The notes: generated by a model not told the origin, from the sequence alone. Positions 35,845-47,471 are shown, counted from the stretch's first letter. The stretch is DNA of 64,000 bases from Basidiobolus meristosporus CBS 931.73 (GCA_002104905.1 MCFE01000104.1:62001-126000), one strand, 5' to 3'. Program-made: numbers and translations.

Positions 35845-38800
35845 TCATTTGGACTCGGGCAGTGGCGCGACTTCTATCAGGTCAGTAGTATCCTCTTCAA
35901 CTAGAGCTGTACCTTGTCGAGTCTATATCGTACACACCAAGTTTAAATACCAAGCATAATTCGGATTGATGCCAACCCTAACATACCTGAAAGTGCTCAT
36001 CCTCCTCTTCTTCAACATTATCCTTATGCGAGGGTTCGAAGTTATCATGGAAGTCAGCAGACCAGTCAGCAATTGTCATAAAGCGCTTTGTTTCGTCACC
36101 CTCCTGTGCGTGCTCAGCAGACGCCTAGGATTGAGAAGGTTGATACCAGATCTCGCAAAATGTATATTTTATTCAGCTTACCAGACTGTTGATACCTGTC
36201 TGCTCCAATTTGCTGGGACAATGGAGTTCAGCTACCAAGCCTCACGGACTATATCAATATTATGGATTACCTCAACCAGTCTGGATCCTCTTCATCACTT
36301 TCATCGTCATCGTCAAATGATGACACAAACTGACTCCGAAGCTCGCCACTTGGAGTCAAGTACCTGGAAAATTGCTCGCGATCTACGTCCTCCTCTTCCT
36401 CTTCATAATCATCTTCATCTGTATCGTTGAAGCCATTCAGTAGATTTGGTCTTTGACCGCCCAACGGCTGCTGATCTCTTTCCTTGATTTCGCGAAGAGT
36501 TTTGGAGACGTATTCCTTCCAAGCTTCTGTTTCAACTTGATCTATATCACGCAAGTGTGGTCAGAAACACTTCAACCCTGAAGAGTGTCCCTTATCAATT
36601 ACCTTTAACATCTGCCGCAACCTCTGGGCATCGTTCAATCAAACGCACAACCTCCTCGGCAATAAAAGTCAAATGACCCATGTATCCGAGTCGAATAGTT
36701 TTGGGGCTTTCACTAGTGACATGAACAATGGATTAGATGCATCCTAAGGGCGAGTTTCATGTACGCTTACGGCGTCGAGTCACATAGTTTCTGTGCATCC
36801 GTTATTCTAGAAGTAATGCCAGCATCATTGAAAACCTAGTTCTGGGAGATTAGTGAGGAGACCAAACTAATTGAAGAAGCCAACTCACCGAAAGAATAAG
36901 CCCTTTGTTCACATCTACTTCGTATGGAAGATTTAGAACCTGATGCAATATATCATACACTATAGTATGTAGGAAGTTATTCCAAGGATGGGCGAAAAAT
37001 AGATCCTGGATTGCGGGCCTGTTAATTCCTGATGAAGTTATATCTTAAGCTCAAGAACCTTAATTTACCAAGCAAGAGGCAACAATTTTGTGATTGATGT
37101 ACTTCTGCTTCAGGATGGTACCAGCTAGAGATAGTAATGAGTAGTTTAGCTTTGGCCACTTGGTAGTCAAGCTTTTGGCATTACCATCGTCTTCTTGGGA
37201 GATCTCCTGGGCTTCGTCTCCCGACTCGGAATCAGACATGTTGACATTGGCACAGTGAAGCAACTCAGCATATAGCTCGCATACTTTGAGCCGTTCAAAT
37301 CCCAGAGGTTTGACTTTACCAACTGTAGTGTCGATATATTCGGACTGAGATGTCTATGTTAGCACAAGTCCATGGAATCAACACCTGTGTCGAGTAAATG
37401 TCATACCAGGTTACGCGGATTCGTTAATATATTCTGAAAATCGCCGAGACGACCGCTAAGAACTCTGAGCATATCGCTTAAGTCAATCGGTGCAAAAGGT
37501 CGGTTGTATTGGAATAAATCGTTTGGCTCGTCATCACTAGTATGAAAACATCGTTGGTCAAAGGCACGAACATTTTACCGCAATAGATCCTCTGACTTTA
37601 CCCGCAGTTTCCTCTAATCAATTCAATGAAGATTCCTATTCCGTTTACCAATACGGAGGCCGCGTTAGGGGCGGAGCTATCCAGCATATAGTCCACGAGC
37701 TTTGTGATGGATTTTTCACTAATACATCGGCATGGTTCAGCGCAGTTCAGAGCGGAATCACGAAATAAGATATATGGAAAACCTTTTCAATTCGGATATC
37801 AGTGCATTTGGGCCGGCATTTGATTCTTGACGATTATTCGATTTGGAAATTGTGATGATATCCAAGATGATGGATGCAACTGTCGAATGGGTCTATTGGG
37901 AAGGAGTGAGAATGCAGTAGAACGGCCATCTCCACGGGAGCCTTACCTCGGGGTCGCGCGTAGGATTCAATTGATCAATCAATCTGCTCATCAGACCTTC
38001 AGAAGAAAGCCACTACATAGATATGCGTTATTGATTGTTTAGTGAGGTGTGCACATCATTATCGTATTGCTAACCTCAATGACCCCAGCACCGCTAGGCA
38101 ATTCATCCAAACTGATGAGCTTCAGAACAATATCCATAATGGCAGGAGTCTCCAAATGAAGCAGAAATTTGTCAACGGCACCAGGTTGAGATTTGATAAA
38201 GGCAATCATCTTGGGTTTCGTTTACTTTAGTCTTTAGCTTCAGGTGTTCAAACAACTAATTGAAACCAACCTCGTCGCTTTTTTTCCCCAAGAGTGTACC
38301 GATGATCTTACTAAAGTAAGCAGCCTGCAAGGAATCCAACGGGGCAGGTTTATCGAGTATTTCCCAATAGGAGGTTAACAGCTCTTTGTTCTCAAGAATG
38401 GCCTTGCTAAGCCCCCACACTTCCTCACACGATAAGATTTCACCGGCGAGATAGGGATACCTAGTGATGAAGGGGAATGCAGGTTATAGTCAGATTGGTC
38501 CCTGGAAAACAGCCCATTAGATCCTTTACTTCATATCAACTTGCTGCTCTTCCGTGTCGAAATTCAAATAGCCAAATAGCCGACCAAGCACTTCCGGTAG
38601 ACATAAACTATTAGGGTACGGATAAACAGTCGTTAGATGAGGATTGGCAGAGCTTGTACACCAACGACCACCCAGAAATATCTCTCGCTGGCAACAAGAA
38701 ACAATATGGACACACGAATATCGTAAAGGGATAATTACAATTCTATCAGCTTGCTGTTAGCTGCTCTCAACTCTTGAAGGATGTCATCTTGATCCATCAA

Positions 38801-38878
38801 TTCCTCCACCGTCACATCCTCTTTTTCCAGGAGAGTATCCACAGGGGATACTGTATGAAAACCAAACCGCCAGAACAT
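35845..38878 (-). CDS. SIT4/PP6 phosphatase-associated protein (SAP185/190, SAPS domain), multi-exon; 3' end approximate
   Basis: Diagnostic start [36 protein letters not shown]; later [21 protein letters not shown] and [12 protein letters not shown]; acidic tail. Confidence 0.88.
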
Positions 38879-39494
38879 GGTATGCGTTCAGCCCGAAGAA
38901 TTCGATTGTTTCGAACAAAAATGATAAAAACTAAAAAAAAGAGCTTCTAATTTATGAGTCTCAGAAAGATGACTTTCGTTCGTATGGAAAAGACTTCTCT
39001 AGCATACACTGGCCCCGGATGCGTTCAAAGAGCAAAGTATCTTCGTAATAGTGAATTTTCTGTGACACTAGTAGGCCCAACTGGAAAGATGAATAATATA
39101 GGTTCACAGGGGATGCCAATATCGCAAGAGTAGTCTAGGGTAATGAAAATTCGATAAGCTATAACGCGTAACATCCAATTCTCAATGCTTTTTAAGCTAC
39201 CTTCCGCTATGATTGGTTTTGTTTTTAAACAATGTTGGGCCAACCAAATTGGTATTGGCTAATTAACAAATGATGTAGGTGTGTTTTGAATACCTTCACA
39301 GATGCAAATCGTTCATTTATCAACCGAACTTCAGGTATCTTTCTAAAATGATTGAACTAGAGCACTATCAGGAAACTGAAGACTTCTTTCTCTCTCCTCA
39401 CATCCAGGACATAGCGGGGGTGAAGTAGATAATATTGATCTTATTGAATATTAATATATATCAAGCAATTCATTTTAATACAGAAATTATGTCT

Positions 39495-41530
39495 CTATTT
39501 GGCACCAAACGAAAATCCAGTGGCTGGCTTGGCAGCATTCGAGCCAAAGAGTCCTCCTGTAGATGGCGTACTGGTATTACCTCCAAAAAGGCCTCCTGTG
39601 GCAGGTGTAGTGGTGCTAGCTCCGAACAGGCCTCCCGTGGCCGGGGCGGCAGTGCTTGCACCAAATTGGGTACCCGAGGATTGGGTGGTAGCAGTAGAAC
39701 CAAAGAGCCCACCAGTTGCTGGAGCAGCAGTACTTGCACCGAATAATCCGCCAGTTGCTGGAGCGGCAGTGCTTGCACCAAACAACCCACCAGTTGCTGG
39801 AGCCGCAGAGCTTGCACCAAACAACCCACCAGTTGCTGGAGCCGCAGAGCTTGCACCAAACAATCCACCTGTGGATGGGGTAGGCTGCACTACTTGTGGT
39901 ATTTCCGAAGAGACCACCAGAGGTACCAGTGGCCGGTGTGGTGCTACCGAATAAGCCGCCACCTGTGGTGGTTGTGGAATTTGCAGGCGCAGTGCTGCCA
40001 AATAGAGAGGATGTGGTGGTTCCAGCGGTAGATTGACCAAAAAGACCGCCAGTTGCAGAACCAGAGGCCTGCGGGGCCTGGTAAGTGCTGGCGGTAGGTT
40101 GGAGCATACTAATCATGAGAGATTCAGAATCGTCCGAAATCTTTGGGATCTTTTGGGATTTCTTGACATCCTCGGGGAATGGGCTCTTGTCGTCATTGTA
40201 AACTCGGCGTCTATAATTCAGATACAATTCCTTCTGTCTCTTAACTGCGCTATGCAATGTGGCGACTTTGCCAGCAATGGCGAGGAAAGTTTCGTGTTGG
40301 TTCCGCATGATTTCTGTAAGTGCGCCGGGAGAAAACCTCGCGGTTTGGGCAATCGAAGATAAATGTCTCTCTATGTCCTCGATATTGTGCTTATATTGCA
40401 ACATGCGGGATTCGAAAGAGGTGACCAAATTCCAAAAATAATCGAATGTGAGTCGAACACCGGGAAAATGGACATGGTGGTTGTTGGGGCTCTTGAGTGC
40501 ATTAATGCCACGGCCAGCAATCTCAGCATTTTTGATTTCCTTGTTCATGGTTTTGTTCAGGTTGGAAATAAGCTCCATGTCTCTTTCTAATGAGAATTTG
40601 AGGCCAACAAGTTTCTAAGAGTATAGGTGTGAGTTAACCGTTCTAGGAACGGATATTCAGAATAAAAAGCACTTACTTCGTTTAGCACCTGGGCCTCTTC
40701 TGATACCTTGTTAATAAAATCGGGAGTTTCGCGCGCTGTCACGTAGTCGTAACTGTGAATCTGGGATTGAATACTCTTTCTGTAAAGCAGAGAGAAGGTT
40801 ACACCAGCAATCCAAATCTAACAAAGATGTATTGGTAACTGACTCAATCTCCTCTATCATTTTCTTGGCATCTTCGGGTAATTCCGAAAACTTGGTGGTT
40901 CGAACGATCGATTGAGGATTGATGGGTGCACTAAGCAAATTGAGGAGCTTAGAATACACTATAACAACACTAGAGCTTCGCATGTCCTACCTCGGAGCAG
41001 ATGTGTTACTGGCAGTAGTGGTAGTAGTACTTGCGCTCGGGGTTGTAGCTCCAAAAAGAGAAGTGGTGGGGGTAGATGTTGATGTGGTGGTGCTACCTAG
41101 AGAAAGTCCGGTGGAGGCGCCTCCCGTAGTAGCAGGTGTAGAAAGGGAAAATGTGGTGGATGCGGGGGTATTGCTGGAAGTATTTCCGAACAAAGAAGTA
41201 CTAGTAGAGGCAGAAGAGGTGTTACCAAATAGCGATGGTGTGCTAGTGGCGGTACTAGCTGTAGGAGTAGTGGTGGTGGTGCCAAAGGAAAAGCCGCTGG
41301 CTGGGGCCGCGGTGGTAGTACTGGTTGCATTTGATGTGTTACCAAAAAGTGAAGTGCTGTTTGTGGTAGGCGCAGTGGTCGTAGAGGCTCCAAAGGAGAA
41401 ACCACCAGCTGGGGCACTGGTCGTGGCTGTACTGGTATTGTTGCCGCCAAATCTTGACACATCAATAGGAAGGTTAGGCAATCGAACATCCCTTTTCTTT
41501 GATTACAAAGTATATAACTTACGAGAACAT
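39495..41530 (-). CDS. NUP58: FG nucleoporin Nup58/Nup45-like (N- and C-terminal FG regions around a coiled coil); apparent frameshift near 39880
   Basis: MFS-FGGN, FSFG/SLFG repeats, TKFSELPEDAKKMIEEIE, YFWNLVTSFESRMLQYKHNIEDIERHL, LHSAVKRQKELYLNYRR, C-terminal GGLFG repeats. Confidence 0.8.
39610..39870 (-). repeat. 39-nt coding tandem repeat (ASSAAPATGGLFG units)
   Basis: The unit aacaacccaccagttgctggagccgcagagcttgcacca repeats exactly at 39781 and 39820, with degenerate neighbours. Confidence 0.85.
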
Positions 41531-41963
41531 TACGTGTCTGGTGATTGGGGTTGAGTTCTATGTAATGTATATTTGAGCTCGGTATATTCACACTTCACGA
41601 GCTGAAATCGCTACAATAAAGAAAAAAGCAAAAAAAAGCGTGTTATCCAAACAAATTATAACGGTTGCTTGATTACAATGATTGAAATTTAATTAGGTAA
41701 CTTGAATAAACAATCAGTGCAAGATGATACACGTCTTCTAAACCACGAGTGCACCGGGTGATAAGAAAAACTAATTTGGCTGAATATTTCTTAGGTCCAC
41801 TCTAAGTTCGTATACCATCTTGTGAATGCATTGGAAACCACACGAAATAATAATCTCCACTCTGGCTTAACTAGTACAAGCATTCCTACATCTATGGTCC
41901 ACACTAATTTCCATAAGTTACAATTAGCCCAGGCGGAGTAGAATCGTGAGAGGTTAGGGCTAC

Positions 41964-42025
41964 AAAAAAATGTCCTCCGAAGAGGTGTCCACTCAAGATT
42001 TACGTGTCATCCTTGTGCAGGGGCC

Positions 42026-42056
<31 letters not shown>

Positions 42057-42082
42057 TTCAAGTGTCAGAGGTCCCTAAGGAC
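41964..42082 (-). ncRNA. U6: U6 spliceosomal snRNA
   Basis: Minus strand: 5' hairpin GTCC-TTAG-GGAC; core AAATTGGAACGATACAGAGAAGATTAGCATGGCCCCTGCACAAGGATGACACG (ACAGAGA box, AGC triad, ISL); T7 Pol III terminator at 41964-41970. Confidence 0.97.
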
Positions 42083-42108
42083 GTGACGATGGAAGAGGTT
42101 TTATTTGG

Positions 42109-42151
42109 ATTATATTTTACCAAAATTCTTGCTGATCAGAAGTTATGGGAT
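42109..42151 (-). promoter_or_regulatory. U6 promoter: TATAAT box (-32..-27) and ATCCCATA element (-69..-62)
   Basis: Minus-strand TATAAT at 42114-42109 and ATCCCATA at 42151-42144; the latter matches the element upstream of all four U1 genes. Confidence 0.65.
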
Positions 42152-42322
42152 ACGATTGGTACCGACATTCATTTATTTAGAACCATTCCCCAACTATCCC
42201 CATAATTCATCGGGGAGGGGACCAGAGCAAAAATAGAGTGGGGTAATTTTGAGTGTTTTCCTAAGTAAAGCTCTTATTTGATTCTATTATTGCTTACCAT
42301 TTGTCTTTGTTACGTTAACACC

Positions 42323-42737
42323 ATGTCGTGGAAAAGCCAATTGTCTCAGCACATCAAGGAACTTCGCATCCATTTCTGCCAAAAGTCTCCTGCTAGCAGC
42401 GGTCTTCGGTAACTAAACCTGAACTCACAACAATTTGAATTATTCTCACAGTTTTCTTTAGTGAATACGTTGCCAAAAACTACGCTTCCTTGAAAGAGAG
42501 CAATCCCAAGGTGCCCATTCTTATCCGTGAGGCTGCTGGTGTTGACGCTCGTATTTTCGCGCGATATGGTACCCCCTCAATTTCCCACCCGAATGTAGTT
42601 TCCCATTCCTAACCGAGATGACTCTAGGTTTTGGCCAAGAAAAGAAGGTCGTCCTTAACAATCTGAAGCCTCAAGAAATCGAGAAGGCCTTAGAAACTTT
42701 GGTTCAATCCGCCCAGAACCAAGCCAAATCACTTTAA
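42323..42737 (+). CDS. NDUFA2: Complex I accessory subunit NDUFA2/B8 (2 introns)
   Basis: MSWKSQLSQHIKELRIHFCQKSPASSGLR-EYVAKNYASLKESNPKVPILIREAAGVDARIFARY-GFGQEKKV. Confidence 0.93.
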
Positions 42738-43018
42738 ACATATTTCATCCCCCTGGTCCAAGCCAATCAACAGAATATACAAAATATCAGCATTAAACAG
42801 TTGTTACAAATTTATTTCGTTGGTCACTTCTATCTCTAGTTCCGCTACAGGATCGGTCTCTTGAGGCACGTCAACTGCCAAAATTTTCTCAACAAGATGA
42901 CTCAATTCAATCCATCGGAAATCAGTGAATGGATGAACAGAAGAGAAATTCCAAAATTGATCTGGTATTCGCTGGTATTCATTAAAAATCTGGCAATAAA
43001 GTAGGCAAACTGATGGTT

Positions 43019-43474
43019 CTACTTGCTATGATCCCAAGCCAGAGTCGGCTCAGGAGGCGCCAGGTACGACTCTATCTCTCCTCCATCCTTAGCCTGTCGA
43101 GGGCAGGTTGATGCATGGTGCTGCTTGACCTGGGATTGTCGTTTCTGAATCGATTTGGCTGGAGTGACTCGAAGTATAGGACTGGGTTTTGTATGAGTCA
43201 TTTTCCACCAGTTTGCAACGTATACCACAATTATAGTAAGAACTCCCAAGGAGATCAGCCCCAGCAGAATTATCAGTGCAAGAGCCAAGGCCCGGGTAAT
43301 GCTGGTACGATCATAGATGATATTTGAGGTAGCGGGGTCAACATGCGCCACAACGAACGGAATCCCGTCATCAGTCGGTAGTTGATTTTGGGAGATTTCA
43401 AATGGCATCGATGCAACTGTGGGTACCAACCCCAAGATCCCAAGGAGAATGTACTTAATGTGGTCCCTGTTCAT
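43019..43474 (-). CDS. Small orphan type-I membrane protein (151 aa)
   Basis: Signal-peptide-like leader, ~40-aa ectodomain, TM ALALALIILLGLISLGVLTIIVVYV, basic tail. No family recognised. Confidence 0.55.
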   Translation of the reverse strand: MNRDHIKYILLGILGLVPTVASMPFEISQNQLPTDDGIPFVVAHVDPATSNIIYDRTSITRALALALIILLGLISLGVLTIIVVYVANWWKMTHTKPSPILRVTPAKSIQKRQSQVKQHHASTCPRQAKDGGEIESYLAPPEPTLAWDHSK

Positions 43475-43919
43475 AGCTTACAGAAGGAAAGTAAAGGCCA
43501 GCGTGAGAGTAGAGTCTTCGTCGCTATCTTTATACCCAACTAACAGAATGCCATTGTCATCCAGCAAGTAATTGTGCACCTCGGAAAATATGAGGGAGAA
43601 TGGTATTCTTTCTTGAACCACCGTCTGTTATTAACTCAGGCCTCGTTGCCCCACATCTCCACATTTTCTGGAGTGCGGGGCATTCGATTATCAATGATAA
43701 ATAACGCGTTCTAAAGATAGCTTTCAGATTGTGCAATAGTCAGATGCCCTCAACAAATCTTCTGCAGTATAATCACAATGGATGTGGGGATCTGCAACCC
43801 TAGTGCATGTTTTAATTGTCATCAGATGGTAACTCCATGCATATCCTCAAAGGCTATAAAAGCTTCCCCGCATCCTCCAGGAACTTGAAATCACCACATT
43901 TTGTCACTGTATCTTCCGT

Positions 43920-44279
43920 ATGTTCTCCATGTCTCGCCAATTTCTTTTTGCTACTTTGTTTTCCCTCAGCATTAGCCGAGCGATTGGGGGCAGTATGATT
44001 GAAGAGCACGCTGGAACTATTGATTATGTGGTGATTCCAGATGGGCTTCTTTCTTCAGTCGAGTTCAACACCCATTCTTTACCGTGGCTACTGGTATTTC
44101 TGTTGGTTATAGGGGTTTTTGGCTTTCTCGGGATGTTGTGTTGCTTTGGGATGGCATTTACTCGACAGTATTATCGATTACGTAAAAATGCTATACGTAA
44201 AGGGGGTCGTGGATATCGGGAGGAGAAAGAGGAATTAATGATACTTCCGGAGCAGGATCTTATATCAACTAAAGTTTAG
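43920..44279 (+). CDS. Small orphan type-I membrane protein (119 aa)
   Basis: Signal-peptide-like leader, short ectodomain, TM LPWLLVFLLVIGVFGFLGMLCC, basic tail. No family recognised. Confidence 0.55.
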   Translation: MFSMSRQFLFATLFSLSISRAIGGSMIEEHAGTIDYVVIPDGLLSSVEFNTHSLPWLLVFLLVIGVFGFLGMLCCFGMAFTRQYYRLRKNAIRKGGRGYREEKEELMILPEQDLISTKV

Positions 44280-44538
44280 TCCGCGCATTTCGTTCCATTT
44301 AATGAATACTTAACATCTTGCCAGCGAGTAGAAATTTTGTAGAATGTAAATAAACCACAATTCCCATGGTGATATCCGAGGAACACCGCCATTAACAAAC
44401 GACTAACCAAGCCCATAATATGGCGCTTTTACTTCATAAATGTTAACTATTGATTGTTTTATACAGATGAGATGGTAGGCTTCTGTGTTAAATGAGTATG
44501 GTATGAAGGAGATTTCAGATTGAGAACTGAGCTTGCAT

Positions 44539-45981
44539 CTAAACAAGCGCCTTGAAACGTTCAAAAGCTGCCTTGTGAAGCTCCTCACGATGGTCGGGGT
44601 GAGCAATATCAATCATTGCTCTAGCTCTTTGAAGCAAGTTCTTGCCATGGAGATAAGCATAGCCATATTCGGTTACGATGTAATGCGAGTGGTATCTAGA
44701 GGTAACTACACCAGCACCCAGCTTCAGGGTGGATACGATCTTAGACTCACCAACTACATTGGGGTTGCCCTTTACCTTGGTGGTCGAAGGAAGACAGATG
44801 ATGGGCACACCGCCCTCGCTCAAAGCAGCACCACGCTCAAAGTCAACCTGGCCTCCAACACCAGAGATATGGCGGGTGCCTACAGAATCAGCACAAACTT
44901 GACCGGTTATGTCGACCTCAATCGCAGCATTGATAGCGGCCACCTTGGGGTTTTTGGAAATTACTACTGGGTCGTTGGTGACGGTAACATCAACAAACGA
45001 GATTTCCGGGTTGTCATCAATGAAATCGTAAAGGCGCTGGCCACCAATGACAAATGAGGTGACTACTTTCCCGGGAAGGAACTTTTTGTTTCTGTTTGTG
45101 ATGATTCCTTTCTCCATAAGAGGAATCAACCCTTCTTGGAACATCTCGGTGTGAACGCCAAGATTCTTATGGTTGGTTAATGAGGAGAGGACGGCGTTGG
45201 GGATGGCACCAATTCCCATCTGCAAAGTGGAGCCGTCATCAATCAAGCCGGCAATAATCCTACCGATGTCACGGTCGGCTTGGGTCATGGCGCCAGTGTG
45301 ATGTTCAGGCAACTTTTCATCAACATCGGGCACAATGTAATCAAAATGGTTGATATTGATCAAGCCATCTCCATGAGTGCGTGGCATGTTTGGATTGATT
45401 TGAGCGATAACAATATCTGCAGTCTCCACGGCAGCAACTGCAGTGCAGACCTCAACTCCCAGAGAAACGTAGCCGTGCTTATTTGGGGGAGAAACATTAA
45501 GAAGGGCAACATTTGGACGGGTGATATCCTTACGCATCAAAGCGGGCAGCTCACTTAAGAAGCAGGGGACGTAGCTGGACAAACCCTCGCGAACAGCTGC
45601 TCTCTGGTTGGGGCCAACAAAGAAATTGTTTACGAAGAAGGCACTCTTCATTTCTTCAAGAGTTGGAGGAACTGGAAATTGATCAGCCATCTCAGTGGTA
45701 GCGGTCAATGGGCACATCGGGTTGGGTGATTCGATATGAATGTGAATACATTCCACGTTTTTCAATTCCTTGTAGCGTTTTGCAAGGCCGAGGGCTAGTG
45801 TACGAGGAAATGCTGCTACACCGTGCAAGTAAACGCGGTCGTTATCTTTAACGACAGAGACGGCTTCCTCCACAGTGACTACTTTGGGAGTTTTTTTGGT
45901 AAACAAGGTTCTACGAGAGATCTGAGACAGAGCCTTGCTCAATGGCACAGAACGCAGAGTAGATTTGGGGAGGAAGCTCAT
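44539..45981 (-). CDS. Mitochondrial acetyl-CoA hydrolase/CoA-transferase, 4-hydroxybutyrate CoA-transferase-like (intronless)
   Basis: Presequence; YVPCFLSELP, HGYVSLG, AQINPNMPRTHGD, LQMGIGAIP, LGVHTEMF (catalytic Glu), SGVGGQVDFERGA, VTEYG. Confidence 0.92.
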   Translation of the reverse strand: MSFLPKSTLRSVPLSKALSQISRRTLFTKKTPKVVTVEEAVSVVKDNDRVYLHGVAAFPRTLALGLAKRYKELKNVECIHIHIESPNPMCPLTATTEMADQFPVPPTLEEMKSAFFVNNFFVGPNQRAAVREGLSSYVPCFLSELPALMRKDITRPNVALLNVSPPNKHGYVSLGVEVCTAVAAVETADIVIAQINPNMPRTHGDGLININHFDYIVPDVDEKLPEHHTGAMTQADRDIGRIIAGLIDDGSTLQMGIGAIPNAVLSSLTNHKNLGVHTEMFQEGLIPLMEKGIITNRNKKFLPGKVVTSFVIGGQRLYDFIDDNPEISFVDVTVTNDPVVISKNPKVAAINAAIEVDITGQVCADSVGTRHISGVGGQVDFERGAALSEGGVPIICLPSTTKVKGNPNVVGESKIVSTLKLGAGVVTSRYHSHYIVTEYGYAYLHGKNLLQRARAMIDIAHPDHREELHKAAFERFKALV

Positions 45982-47308
45982 GTTTTCCTAGTGAATGCAA
46001 CTAATATGCTACCCACACCAACGCCCCTCCAGCCTAATTTATACCTAATCACTATACTGCCACACTTGGTACCACTTCGAACCTCTTGGTAAACGAGCAG
46101 AAAGCACACTAGTGATTGGTAGTTGTATGGGACTGAATTTCTTGTGGAAACATATCGATACTCGATTATCCGATGCTTGAGAATTTAATTCATTTCCTTT
46201 CATGACTCACATGTTTCAAAAGCTAACGCTAGTACATTCACTCAAAATGTTGTTTAAGCAACCTGAATGTCAGTATTAGCCCTCTGGAGCCTAGACTTCT
46301 ATTGGAATCCACAGCCCACAATATTGACACTTGTTCGATGGTGGTGGTACACCAGACTTGTCTCTATCTATGAGATTCTGTCAGCTCTGGCTGATCTTCC
46401 GAGGACATTGCTATTGCCTGAGCATCAACAGTTACTCATGTCTCGGCTATAATCAACTTCTCATGCGCTATACCCTTCGGTTAAAATCGAGTTCTCCAAT
46501 ATGGCAAGAAAACTTATTTGTGGAACCCGACGCCGCGTGGTAAGCCTCCTAATTAGCATCACCCCCACATTTTAAGACCATTCTCAGGTCATGAGTGCTC
46601 TATGAACAACAGAAATAGACTTGACATATAATTCGTATTTTGGATTAAGCACTCTGAGAAAGCCGAAATATGAACTCGCAACATGATAAAGTTTGAAATT
46701 GTGGCCAATAAACATGACGGGGTAACTTCGTATTTTCTGAATTCTTCCTTTTTTCTCACAAATGCTATAGCCAGTTGTCAGTTCCGATGTCAACGTTACC
46801 AGCCTTTTATAGAATAAGGTTGTTGCAAAACCTAGTCATGACATATCAATTGAATAACCTACATTATATCGATTACTTTTTTGCTTCGATGTCTGCCAAG
46901 GTGATGGAACTAGTTTGCATATCGTAGTGCGGAATCCAATCTTATATCGAAGACAAACTTAAGTTATGAATAACAGGGATATTAGCAAATTTCAAACTCT
47001 TTAGCTTACTTACTCGTATGAGCATCAAATAAATACAGCTAGTATGTGATATCACAAAAAAGAGAGTATTGAAATTTAGGAACAATTCATTATCAGTTAG
47101 TCGATTGTAGTTTAGTTATTGGTAACAAAGTGAGCGAAAACTACAGTCATTAAGCTATATATATCCATCATAAGAAATTTGCCAACACACTGCCATCCCG
47201 AATTAAAGGACTCCAGTTGTGCAACAGCAAAAATCAATTGCGCTAGGTATTCATCTTAATATTCTCAATAATTGTATTTGTTTCTTATTGTTGAGGTAAA
47301 GAGGAAGG

Positions 47309-47471
47309 CAGGAGGCGGCGCATGGCGCTCACCTCCCACAAACAAAAATTTAACAGTCGAGACACCCCGAAGGATGTTCGCGTCAAAGACCCTGAGGCGC
47401 TGTGCAATGCTCAAGTTCTAAGACGAACAGCCTGCCTTCTTGATCACAAGCTGTCCCTGCCAGGTAAGTAT
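47309..47471 (-). ncRNA. U1: U1 snRNA, variant 1 (copy A1)
   Basis: 5' ATACTTACCTGG; SL1 loop GATCAAGAAG (U1-70K site); SL2 loop ATTGCAC (U1A site); SL3 with TTCG loop; Sm site AAATTTTTG; SL4; ~163 nt. Confidence 0.97.

Noticed and set aside
18199-45981. Apparent clustering of mitochondrial genes (MCU, MSP1, NDUFV1, NDUFA2, CoA-transferase)
   Set aside because: They are interspersed with unrelated genes and the density is compatible with chance.
46790-46825. GCCTTTTAT resembling U5 loop 1
   Set aside because: The flanks do not form the U5 stem, and there is no Sm site or upstream ATCCCAYA.
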